Shown here: positions 28,714-41,355 of the stretch, piece by piece
How positions within the stretch are numbered: the stretch's first letter is position 1
Layout of the letters: each line of letters opens with the position of its first letter
Assembly: GCA_050115495.1 (NCBI GenBank)
Contig: JASFQK010000009.1
Span: 32,001 to 96,000 of the forward strand
Source: Phycisphaerae bacterium
Lineage (GTDB): Bacteria; Planctomycetota; Phycisphaerae; UBA1845; Fen-1342
Direction of reading: 5' to 3'
Length of the DNA stretch: 64,000 nt
The notes under the pieces: generated by a model
Told to the model about the DNA's origin: nothing
The model's input: only the letters and a program-made list of their open reading frames with translations
The model's database searches: none
Translations under genes and position numbers: made by a program

Positions 28714-29892
28714 ATGAAATACACCCGCCGACTTATTCAGCTTGCGTTTCTTACGCTCACCGTGGTCGCCGTCTTTGTCGTACGCGGCAACGCCGAGCGG
28801 TGGTGCCCGTTCGGAGGCGTCGAGGCGATCTACCAGTACACGCAGGAAGGAAACCTGCTGTGCTCGCTGGGCGTGTCGAACTTCTACGTGCTGGCGGCGG
28901 TGCTGCTGAGCACGCTGCTGCTGCGGCGGGCGTTCTGCTCGTACATCTGCCCGCTGGGCACGGTGTCGGAGTGGCTCGGAGCGGGTGCCCGAAAGCTCGG
29001 CCTGCCCCAATGGCGGGTGCCGCATGCGCTGGACCGCGTGCTCGCCCTGCTGAAATACGTCGTGCTGGTCGCGATCCTGTACTTCACGTGGCGCGTGGGC
29101 GAATTGGTCTTCCGCGGGTACGACCCGTGCTACGCCCTGCTCAGCCGGCACGGTGAGGACATCACGATCTGGGCGTACGTCATCTGCGGCGTACTCGTCG
29201 TGGCGTCCCTGCTGGTGATGCTGCCGCTGTGCCGATGGCTGTGCCCGCTGGCGGCGGTGCTGAACCCGTTCTCCTGGCTGGGCCTGACCCGCATTCGCCG
29301 CGGCGACGAAGCGTGCATCGAGTGCGGCGCGTGCGCGGCTGCGTGCCCGATGGGCATTCGCGTCGATCGCGTGCGCGAGGTGACGGCCGCTCGCTGCACC
29401 GGGTGCTTCGAATGCACCGAGGCGTGCCCGACGCGCGGCGACGGGGCGCTCGTCTGGGGACCGCCGAAGAAGCTCGGCCGATCGTGGCCGCGCGGTGCGC
29501 TGGTCGCCGTGTTGCTGGCGTGTATCGGCGGAGCGGTCGTGCTGGCGTACGCGCTGCCATTGCCCTCGTTCGTGCACACGCGAGGCACGCCGCCGGCGGA
29601 GATCGCGAGCGTCGAGTTGGGCGTGCACGATCTGACGTGCCGGGGGCGGGCGAACCTGTTCGTCTACTACGTCGAACGGGATGACTACCTGGCCGTGCCG
29701 GGGTACCTGCGCATCGAGGCGTGGCCGGGGCCGGGAGCGGCACGCTGCGTCATTTCGTACGACCCGGCGGAGACGGACGAGAGCCAGATCAAGGCGGCGA
29801 TTACGGAGCCGTATTTCGATGCGCTGGGCGGTTCGTGGCGGCCGTCGCCGTTTCGGATCGAGGGGTATGATCCGTTGTTTGGAGAGGAGTAG
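28714..29892 (+). CDS. Membrane 4Fe-4S-binding protein (NapH/MauN/YccM-like) with C-terminal HMA-like domain
   Basis: WCPFGG, FCSYICPLG, CRWLCPL and CIECGACAAACP...CTGCFECTEACP; C-terminal VHDLTCRGR. Confidence 0.85.
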   Translation: MKYTRRLIQLAFLTLTVVAVFVVRGNAERWCPFGGVEAIYQYTQEGNLLCSLGVSNFYVLAAVLLSTLLLRRAFCSYICPLGTVSEWLGAGARKLGLPQWRVPHALDRVLALLKYVVLVAILYFTWRVGELVFRGYDPCYALLSRHGEDITIWAYVICGVLVVASLLVMLPLCRWLCPLAAVLNPFSWLGLTRIRRGDEACIECGACAAACPMGIRVDRVREVTAARCTGCFECTEACPTRGDGALVWGPPKKLGRSWPRGALVAVLLACIGGAVVLAYALPLPSFVHTRGTPPAEIASVELGVHDLTCRGRANLFVYYVERDDYLAVPGYLRIEAWPGPGAARCVISYDPAETDESQIKAAITEPYFDALGGSWRPSPFRIEGYDPLFGEE

Positions 29893-29964
29893 AGGAGGGA
29901 GTCAGGGGTCAGAAGTTGCGGGCGGGGGGTGGTTGGGGGGAAGCCTTGAGCCTTGAGCCGGACG

Positions 29965-30051
29965 GTGTGGCATGCTGAAGCCTTAGGCGCCGGCATGTCT
30001 TTCCCTCGCGTCAGGAAGAACATGCCGGCGCTGCGCTTCGGCATGCCACAC
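29965..30051. repeat. Long imperfect palindrome (REP/MITE-like)
   Basis: gtgtggcatgctgaagc...gcgccggcatgt...acatgccggcgc...gcttcggcatgccacac. Confidence 0.65.
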
Positions 30052-30102
30052 TCGGGCACTGGTGGGCGAGTCAGCGGTGACACCGACGCGGAGCGCCGTC
30101 TG

Positions 30103-30185
30103 TCCGAGCCGCGACCGGTGGGCAGTGGTCTGCGCAGACGGTGCGTTGCTGGCGACGACCCGCTCGCTACCGCTCGGGGCTCGGA
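30103..30185. repeat. REP-like inverted repeat pair (GAGCCGCGACCG-type)
   Basis: tccgagccgcgaccggtgggcagtgg ... ccgctcgctaccgctcggggctcgga. Confidence 0.55.
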
Positions 30186-30249
30186 TAGGCGTTGACACGC
30201 CGCGCCCGGCGCTACGGGTGGTGGGAGAAACCGGTTGTGGACGGGGGAT

Positions 30250-30298
30250 AAAAAAGCCGGCGGAGGGTTCCGCGTGAATAACGGAACGGCCTCCGCCG
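30250..30298 (-). terminator. Intrinsic terminator of a minus-strand transcript
   Basis: Minus strand reads CGGCGGAGG-CC-GTTCCG-loop-CGGAAC-CCTCCGCCG-GC-TTTTTT. Confidence 0.75.
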
Positions 30299-30633
30299 AG
30301 CGGCAATACGTGCATCACTCTTCGTTAGGAAGGGGAGCCAGTGACGCACGAAAAAGCGGAAGGACCAGCGTGAAGCCGACCCTCCCAAAAAGCATTGCTT
30401 ATGCTCATCGTTGAAGCAGACGCGGCGAGAAACGACTGGTACCGCAGTCACCGACCTTTCGGCTCCCACTGAAAGGTGGAACTCGTACCGCTGCTGCCTA
30501 CCCTTCCGTTCGTTTGGCTCCCTTACTCTCCGCCGGAAGGGCGAGGGCTGTACTTACCTTCCCACGTGTTGGCTCCCATGTTGTGGAAGGTGTGCTTCTT
30601 GAACTACCTCCGCATCTGCCCCTCTCGAAAGAG
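30250..30633 (-). ncRNA. Candidate structured non-coding RNA with three GGGAGCC-loop hairpins
   Basis: Three sister hairpins, a long-range closing helix, G-U pairs that work only on the minus strand, and a terminator; no credible ORF. The 5' end is approximate. Confidence 0.6.
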
Positions 30634-30957
30634 CAACAGCGAAAAATGTTAGGCACGCTGGGCGGCGGATTTCCACTTCTGCCCCATAAAAAGTGGAGAA
30701 TAGAGCGCAAGCTCTTGATATTGCGATGGTTACAGTGCGAGATTCTCGGCAGAGTGCAATGGGACGGCCGCCGACGGCCATTGGCGACCGGCGGGCGTGG
30801 AAACCCGGCGGCGGCGCGGGCCCGCGGTCGCCAAGCGTCGGCGATTCAGCTATATTGTGTGGCTCGTCAACAAGTTACGTCGGCAGACCCCTGCGGAGCG
30901 CGTGCGCCGAGCCGCCGGGGCCCGGCGGCAGCACGGCAGGAACAGGAGCGGGCGCTC

Positions 30958-31521
30958 ATGGCCAAAGCGAGCGAACTGAAAAAGGGCAAGGTCATCCAGT
31001 ATCAGGACGGCCTCTACTCGATCTTCGACATTACGCGGGTCTCGAAGGGCAACTGGCGCAGCTACCTCCAGGCCAAGCTCAAGTCGCTGACGACCGGGCA
31101 GATCCTCGACGTCCGCTTCTCGGTCGACGACAAGGTCGAGACCCCCTTCGTCGACACCAAGCCGTACGAGTACCTCTACCGCGACGGCGAGGACTACGTG
31201 ATCATGGACCAGCAGAACTACGACCAAGTCACGATTCCGGCGGACGTCATGGGCGACGCCCATCTGTACCTGAAGGGCAACGAGCTCGTGACATGTTCGT
31301 TCGTCGACGGGAAAATCGTGAGCGTCGAGCTGCCGAACGTGGTGGAGCTAAGCGTGACCGATACACCGCCGGTGGCCCGCGGGGCCACGGCAACGAACCA
31401 GAGCAAGGATGCCACGCTGGAGACGGGGTTGCGCGTGCGCGTGCCGCCGTTCATCGAGAACGGCGAGCTGATTCGCGTCGACACCCGCACGGGTGAGTAT
31501 CTGGAGAGGGCCAAGGGGTGA
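30958..31521 (+). CDS. efp: Translation elongation factor P
   Basis: [27 protein letters not shown]...[28 protein letters not shown]. Confidence 0.95.
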   Translation: MAKASELKKGKVIQYQDGLYSIFDITRVSKGNWRSYLQAKLKSLTTGQILDVRFSVDDKVETPFVDTKPYEYLYRDGEDYVIMDQQNYDQVTIPADVMGDAHLYLKGNELVTCSFVDGKIVSVELPNVVELSVTDTPPVARGATATNQSKDATLETGLRVRVPPFIENGELIRVDTRTGEYLERAKG

Positions 31522-31567
31522 GCAACACCGAACGCTCCGCGGCCCGCCGTGCGGAGGCTATGCCCCG

Positions 31568-35554
<3,987 letters not shown>

Positions 35555-35569
35555 GGGGGGAAGAGAAGA

Positions 35570-35611
35570 AGGCAACCAGGCAACCAGGCAACGAGGCAGA
35601 AGATTGCCTCG
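35570..35611 (+). repeat. Short tandem 8-mer repeat (AGGCAACC x3-4) with small hairpin
   Basis: aggcaacc-aggcaacc-aggcaacg-aggcagaa followed by gattgcctcg. Confidence 0.6.
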
Positions 35612-35757
35612 CGGGCACGTATTCCGTTCGGGGATCTGACGGGGCAACGAGAGATAGGTAGGCGTGGGCGGGGATGCGCGCATAATGTGCTTGGATCGGG
35701 CGCGTTTTTCCGGTGCGTAGACGGTGCCGGCTGTTCTGCACGTCCAGAGAGGAAGCC

Positions 35758-37068
35758 ATGCCTGCTCACTCCGCTCGAACGATCGCGCGTCGTCGTTGGC
35801 GCAGACTGTCGGCTGCCCTGCTCGTCGGGGCCGCCCTGCTGCCGTGCTGGGTCGGCTGCGACCGAAAGCCCGCCGACGGAGAGGTTCGTGTGGTGCGGCT
35901 GTGGGCGCATCAGGGGCAGGAGAAGGAGAACGCGGCGATGCGGGCCATCGCCGACGCGTTCAATGCGGAGCATGCTGCGCAGAAACTGCGCGTGGAGATC
36001 ACGTTCTATCCGGACCGGCAGTATGCGGACAAGGTGTCCATCGCCGCCTTCTCGAAGACGCTGCCCGACGTGCTGGACGTCGACGGCCCGTACGTGGGCC
36101 CCTGGGCCGCGGAGGGCATTCTCCAGCCGCTGGACGAGCTGATCGACGAGACGCTGCGGGCGGACCTGCTGTCCTCGCTGATCGAGCAGGGCACATATGC
36201 GGACCACCTGTACGCCGTCGGGGCGTTCGATTCGGCGTTGGTCGTCTACTACAACGCGGACGTGATCGAGCGGGCCGGCCTACACCCGCCCGAGCACGTC
36301 GCGGAGGCGTGGACCTGGGACGAGTTCGTGCAGGCGCTGGAGCAGGTGAAGCCGCTGGCGACCGTTCCGCTGTCGCTGCATATGGACGACGCCAGCAGCG
36401 AGTGGTTCACGTATGCGTTCTCGCCGCTGCTGTGGTCCAACGGCGGGCAACTCATCGATGATGGGCGGGCCGTCGGTGTGCTGGACAGTCCGGCCAACAT
36501 CGCGGCGCTGACGCGGTGGCAGCAGCTCTTCCGCGACGGTCTCGCCGAGCCGACGTCGACGAATCCGGACCCGTTCTCCGCCGGCCTGGCGGCGTTTGAC
36601 TGGACGGGGCATTGGATGCTACCGAGGTTCGAGCAGAAAGAGGGGCTGCGGTTCGGCGTTATGCCGCTGCCGAAGATGGGCGAGCGATTCGTCGCCGCCT
36701 CGGGGAGCTGGTGCTGGGGGATCTCGCGGGATTGCGGCGATCGGGCGGCGGCGTGGCAGGTGATCTCGTGGCTGCTCGATCCGGAGCACGGCATCAAACC
36801 AATCGTGCAGGCCAACGGGGCCGTGCCGGGACGGCGGAGTGCGTTCGCGCTCTTCCCCGAGTACGAGGAGCTGCCGCGGCAGCTTTTCCGCGAGCAGCTT
36901 GAGCAAGCGGCTCGCGCTCGGCCGCGGACGCCAGCGTATCTGACGCTCACGAGCGAGTTCGCCGCCGCTTTGCGAGACGTGGCCCGTGGGACGGATGTGG
37001 CCCGGCGGCTGAAGGAGGCCGCGGAGAACGTGCAGCGTACGCTGGACCGCCGGGGCGGTGACGGATAG
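35758..37068 (+). CDS. Sugar ABC transporter substrate-binding lipoprotein
   Basis: Lipobox-like WVGC; LPDVL.VDGP, VYYN, AWTWDEF and GVMPLP motifs. Confidence 0.88.
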   Translation: MPAHSARTIARRRWRRLSAALLVGAALLPCWVGCDRKPADGEVRVVRLWAHQGQEKENAAMRAIADAFNAEHAAQKLRVEITFYPDRQYADKVSIAAFSKTLPDVLDVDGPYVGPWAAEGILQPLDELIDETLRADLLSSLIEQGTYADHLYAVGAFDSALVVYYNADVIERAGLHPPEHVAEAWTWDEFVQALEQVKPLATVPLSLHMDDASSEWFTYAFSPLLWSNGGQLIDDGRAVGVLDSPANIAALTRWQQLFRDGLAEPTSTNPDPFSAGLAAFDWTGHWMLPRFEQKEGLRFGVMPLPKMGERFVAASGSWCWGISRDCGDRAAAWQVISWLLDPEHGIKPIVQANGAVPGRRSAFALFPEYEELPRQLFREQLEQAARARPRTPAYLTLTSEFAAALRDVARGTDVARRLKEAAENVQRTLDRRGGDG

Positions 37069-37972
37069 ACCGCAACCCATGGCCGCGATGCCCCGCGAGA
37101 GACTGGTCGCCTGTCTGTTCGTCGCGCCGGCGACGGCGGTGCTCGGCGTGTTCGTCGCGTGGCCGGCGCTGTACATGGCCTGGGCCAGTCTGCACGAAGG
37201 GGCGTGGTCGCAGACGACGGGCCAGACGTTCGCGGGTCTGGCCAGCTACCGGGCCCTGCTCACCGACCGAGCCTTCGGTCAGGCCGCGGCCAACACGGCG
37301 TGGTTCACCGTGCTGGTCGTGCCGCTGCAAACGGCTCTAGCGCTCGCCTTCGCCGTCTGGACGAACCGCCCGGGCAAGGCCGTGCGATTCCTGCGGATGG
37401 CGGTCTTCGTGCCGACAACGCTCTCGCTGGCGGTGCTGAGCGTGGTCTGGAGCCTGCTGTACGCACCGGCGACGGCGACGGGGGCCGGGCTGTTCAACGG
37501 CTTGCTCAGCGGCGTCGGGCTACCAGTTCAACCGTTTCTGGCGAGCCCACGCCAGGCTCTGCTCGCGATCGTGGCGATGAGCGTCTGGCAGGGCGTCGGG
37601 CTGCAAATGATGGTGTTCCTCTCCGGGCTCCAGCAGATCCCGGAGCAGCTCTACGAGGCCGCTCGTCTTGACGGTGCCGGCCGCTGGCAGCAACTCCGCC
37701 ATATCACGCTGCCGGCCCTCGCTCCGACGACGCTGTTCGTCGTCATGATCACGACGATTTTTGCGTTGAAGCTGTTCGTGCAGCCGCTGCTCATGACCGG
37801 CGGCGGGCCGGAAGGCGCCACGCGCAGCGTCGTCCAATACGTCTACGAGGCGGCCTTTCACAGTCGTGACCTGAGTCTGGCTTGTGCGGCGGGTGTGGTG
37901 TTTCTCGTCGCCGTGCTGGTGATCGCGGCTGGGCAGCGCTATGCCGGCCGCCGGGCGGAGGACTGGCAATGA
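37058..37972 (+). CDS. Carbohydrate ABC transporter permease
   Basis: EAA loop LQQIPEQLYEAARLDGAGRWQQLRHITLP. Confidence 0.92.
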   Translation: MTDRPQPMAAMPRERLVACLFVAPATAVLGVFVAWPALYMAWASLHEGAWSQTTGQTFAGLASYRALLTDRAFGQAAANTAWFTVLVVPLQTALALAFAVWTNRPGKAVRFLRMAVFVPTTLSLAVLSVVWSLLYAPATATGAGLFNGLLSGVGLPVQPFLASPRQALLAIVAMSVWQGVGLQMMVFLSGLQQIPEQLYEAARLDGAGRWQQLRHITLPALAPTTLFVVMITTIFALKLFVQPLLMTGGGPEGATRSVVQYVYEAAFHSRDLSLACAAGVVFLVAVLVIAAGQRYAGRRAEDWQ

Positions 37973-38832
37973 GCCGCGGCAGGCGGATGGCGATTCGCTG
38001 GGCGGCGGCGCTCGTCGCCGTGGTCGTGGCCGTCCTGTATCTGACGCCGATCCTGTGGACCGCGGCCGCGTCGCTCAAGCCGGACGAGTTCATCCACCGT
38101 GACGTGGACTCACTGCGCAGCCTCGTGCCCGGCCCGACGACGCCGGACAACTACGCGGCGGCGGAGCGGCGGGGACAGGTGAGCGTCACGCTGGTCAACA
38201 CGTTCATCGTCGTGGTGGTCATCGCCGCCGGCGGACTGCTGATTAACGCCCCGGCGGCGTACGCGTTCGCCCGGATGCGTTTCCCGGGGCGGGACGCGCT
38301 GTTCCTGGCGTTCGTGGGGACGATCATCGTACCGCTGGAGGCGATCGTCATCCCGCTGTTCGTGACCGTGCAGGGTAGCCGCGGGTTGGAGAGCGTTCTG
38401 GGCGAGCGAACGTGGACGCTGGTCGCGCTGAGCGTCCCGTTTCTGGCCAAGGCGTTCAACGTGTTCCTGCTGCGGCAGGCCTTTCTTTCGTTGCCGCGAG
38501 CGCTCGAAGAGGCCGCGTTCATCGACGGGGCCGGCTGGTGGCGGGCGTTCTGGCGGGTCGGGCTGCCCAACGTGCGGCCGGCGCTGGTTACCGTCGTGCT
38601 GCTCGACTTCGTCATTCACTGGAACGACTTCCTCTGGCCGTTGGTCATCTGCCAGGATGAGAGCACGCGCACCGTGCAGATCGGCCTCGGCGCGTTCTTC
38701 ACCCAGCCGCCGGTGTCGTGGGGGGCGATCCTGGCGTACGCGGTGCTGATTACGCTGCCGGTGCTGCTCGTGTTTGCGGTGGGCCAGCGGTGGATCGTGC
38801 GTTCGCTGGCGGCGACGGGCGTGCGGGAATAG
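37969..38832 (+). CDS. Carbohydrate ABC transporter permease
   Basis: AAYAFARMRFPGR, LEEAAFIDGAG and WNDFLWPL motifs. Confidence 0.92.
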   Translation: MSRGRRMAIRWAAALVAVVVAVLYLTPILWTAAASLKPDEFIHRDVDSLRSLVPGPTTPDNYAAAERRGQVSVTLVNTFIVVVVIAAGGLLINAPAAYAFARMRFPGRDALFLAFVGTIIVPLEAIVIPLFVTVQGSRGLESVLGERTWTLVALSVPFLAKAFNVFLLRQAFLSLPRALEEAAFIDGAGWWRAFWRVGLPNVRPALVTVVLLDFVIHWNDFLWPLVICQDESTRTVQIGLGAFFTQPPVSWGAILAYAVLITLPVLLVFAVGQRWIVRSLAATGVRE

Positions 38833-39114
38833 TCGCCGTCATGCTCTGCAGCGTGCAGCGTCGCCCGCGGTAACCGCCTGTGGGTACTTGCGACTGTCGC
38901 TCAACCCGGCCAGAGCCAAACCGTCCTCTTGGCGCCGGTGGCCATCACGGTCGCCAGATGTCCAGAGTCTCTTGCTCCTTCTTCAGCGCATACTCAGAGC
39001 CGCCGCTGACACGGCCACGTCCCTGCCAGCTCCGGTAGTCCATAACTCGCCGCTGTCACTGCGCAGACCCCGTGCCGCTGGGCACGTCCAAGCATCTTGC
39101 GTGAGCCACGCGCT

Positions 39115-40449
39115 TCACGACGTCAGCGTGTCCATCCAGCGCTGGAGATGGGCCACACCCTCAAGGCCCGCCACGTCCACGAAACTCGTGATCCCATTGC
39201 CCAAGTCCGCAACCAGCTGCTCTTTCGACGCGGTGGCTGCGAACTGGTACTCAACGCGCTTGCGCTGCAGGTAGTGCCGCAAGCAGCGCATCTTTGCCTC
39301 GGTCGTCGGGAAGTCTATGCGTACGATGCCATGTCGGCGCCGGACGCTCTTGACCGTGCTATCGCCAAACAGAGCGAAGTTGTTCGCATCATTCGCCAGG
39401 ACCTGCTTGCAAACCTCACAAGCGCACACATTCTCATGAAACACAGCTGCGCTCTGAAGGTACCCTGCCGCTCTGAACATGGGCGCCGCGTCCTTGAATC
39501 GCACGCGTGCGTGCAACGGCGGGACGTAGTAGCGGGCAATCGGGATACCACCTCCTACTGGCACCGCCGGCCGAAACTCGCCGAACTCCGGAGCATGCGT
39601 CACGCCGGACAGGGCGCTCTTGCCAAGTACGCCGGCAGCCAGAATCGAGAAGTATCCGCCGTGGAGGTTGACCACCTCCCGGCGCCCTGCCTTTCGAAGC
39701 CGGCGAGCGAACCGCAGAAGGCCGGCGAGTTCAGGCTTGCTGGCTGTCTGTTCGTCGAGATTGTCCGCCCAGAGCAAGTAGCCGTCCGGGCTAGCCCTGC
39801 TCAGACCATCCGTGATGGAGTCTTGGATAGACTCGTCTAACAAGACGCCCTGGCTCACGAGAACAGCCGCAAACAGCTTCGAATCACCGCCCGGCGGGAC
39901 CAGCTCGCGCGCCCGTTCCGCCGCTGCAACACAGACTGGCAACCAATCAACGCAAGTAGTCTCTGTCAGGTAGAAATACGGAGCGACAATCGCATATGGA
40001 GGGAGATCGACCTCGTGGTCATCCAGGTACTTCGCCGTATCCGCGTTTCTCATGTAGCTACGAAGACTCTCACGCTGGAATGCCACACACCGGTCAGTGA
40101 ATCCATCCAAGACACGAGCGGCCTTCAGGTGCTTAGGCAAGAGCCTGCGTGCACCGACCAGCGTGTCTATGGGGCGTCCGTACACCTCCGCCAAGCCCCT
40201 GATGGAGGCCCTCGGCTCCCCTTCGGCGTTGCAGATGGCCTCCGGATCGTGCTGAAAGGCATGCGTCAGAGGATCGATGACATAGACAGCCTGTGCGGTC
40301 TTCTCCAACAAGAAAGCCGCCAGCCCAGCCGGCGCATGTTGTACCATGTTGGCGTTAATGACCACGCCGCGGTACGTTCCCTTCTCTGGATACTCGAAAT
40401 GCCGCTGCTCCGCAAATGTACTGAACATCATCCAATGGTCAATCGACAT
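39115..40449 (-). CDS. Hypothetical protein, TGT/beta-family-like TIM barrel with CxCxxC...H putative Zn site
   Basis: IDP.TH near N-terminus, alternating beta/alpha pattern, RYYVP.LH and CACEVC...HYL near C-terminus; the fold is inferred. Confidence 0.6.
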   Translation of the reverse strand: MSIDHWMMFSTFAEQRHFEYPEKGTYRGVVINANMVQHAPAGLAAFLLEKTAQAVYVIDPLTHAFQHDPEAICNAEGEPRASIRGLAEVYGRPIDTLVGARRLLPKHLKAARVLDGFTDRCVAFQRESLRSYMRNADTAKYLDDHEVDLPPYAIVAPYFYLTETTCVDWLPVCVAAAERARELVPPGGDSKLFAAVLVSQGVLLDESIQDSITDGLSRASPDGYLLWADNLDEQTASKPELAGLLRFARRLRKAGRREVVNLHGGYFSILAAGVLGKSALSGVTHAPEFGEFRPAVPVGGGIPIARYYVPPLHARVRFKDAAPMFRAAGYLQSAAVFHENVCACEVCKQVLANDANNFALFGDSTVKSVRRRHGIVRIDFPTTEAKMRCLRHYLQRKRVEYQFAATASKEQLVADLGNGITSFVDVAGLEGVAHLQRWMDTLTS

Positions 40450-40873
40450 ACGAGATCGCCCTCATTGCGGCGGCCATGCGTCGCCGTTGCGGCGGCCAGA
40501 CCTTGAGATTCCGGCTCGGCTCAACCACCCATTCGCAGTCCCACGAAGTCGGGTCACACTGGATGAGCCCGTAGCCTTCTCCCCGCACTTGTTTCAGCAG
40601 GGCATCGGGCACCGAACGTAACGAGATTGCGATGCAGATGTAGTCGGCCACAACCTGATGTGCTCGGCACTGCTCAATCGCCCGTCGCCAATCGTGTCGC
40701 TTTGCCTCGACGAACGTCACCCATCGATTGCGAGTCGCCACAACATCCGCACTCTGTCCGAGATTCGGGACTTCAAGGCGGACGCGGTATCCCTGGTTTC
40801 TCAAGAAGCCGACCAGGCTGCCGACCACGTCTGCCTCCGTGGCCCTTACGGTCTGACTAGGTAATCTCCTCAT
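40439..40873 (-). CDS. Small PD-(D/E)xK-like nuclease
   Basis: E...EV...ADVVA...VEAK..WRRAIEQ; ATG 40873 overlaps the upstream gene end. Confidence 0.65.
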   Translation of the reverse strand: MRRLPSQTVRATEADVVGSLVGFLRNQGYRVRLEVPNLGQSADVVATRNRWVTFVEAKRHDWRRAIEQCRAHQVVADYICIAISLRSVPDALLKQVRGEGYGLIQCDPTSWDCEWVVEPSRNLKVWPPQRRRMAAAMRAISYVD

Positions 40874-41351
40874 AGGTCTCCAGCCTGCATGAGGCCCAGT
40901 AAAGAAGAACAACAAGGCCAGTCTGGGCCGACAGAAGAATGATCCCCGCGGGCAGGGCCCATGGTCGAGCGTCAATCCACAACCATGACGCCAATGCGCC
41001 GCCGGCTCCGAGAATGATCGTCCCGAGTAGAGCCGTGTACGCAGAACGCACAACGAGCCGCAAGGTCTCCAGCCTGTGGAAGATCGCGAACAACCGAAAG
41101 GTCTCATCGGTTAGGTTGCCGACGAGGTCCGGCTCCTCCCGGCCATCGCCGCGCACCAAGTCCCCGTCGGGAAGCTGACGCACGTGCTGAAGGAGTGCCG
41201 CGTGCTTGACTGCCAATTGCTCAAGCAGGGCTTGCCGCCGTAGCTTGACCCTTGACCGGAAGCTGGCCTGCGATTCAATGAACGGCTTGAAGTACGTGGC
41301 GAGCGCCCCGACTATAATCGGGACTATGGAGGCGACCAATGATGGCCACAT
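40857..41351 (-). CDS. Hypothetical 3-TM membrane protein
   Basis: One N-terminal and two C-terminal hydrophobic helices; ATG 41351 lies 5 nt after the upstream stop. Confidence 0.6.
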   Translation of the reverse strand: MWPSLVASIVPIIVGALATYFKPFIESQASFRSRVKLRRQALLEQLAVKHAALLQHVRQLPDGDLVRGDGREEPDLVGNLTDETFRLFAIFHRLETLRLVVRSAYTALLGTIILGAGGALASWLWIDARPWALPAGIILLSAQTGLVVLLYWASCRLETYEEIT

Positions 41352-41355
41352 CGGA

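Noticed and set aside
27168..29892. Selenoprotein read-through in the Cys-rich cluster
   Set aside because: These ORFs end in TAG/TAA at plausible C-termini, and no in-frame TGA aligned to a Cys motif was seen.
30454..30591. Possible CRISPR or coding repeat for the three TGGCTCCC hairpins
   Set aside because: Only the stem ends and loop motif repeat, and spacing is irregular. The overlapping short ORFs (30212-30469, 30411-30602, 30498-30710) lack motifs and host-like codon usage.
30514..30957. 148-aa N-terminal extension of EF-P suggested by the ORF track
   Set aside because: EF-P homology starts at ATG 30958, which has an upstream AGGAG. The extension overlaps the promoter/ncRNA region.
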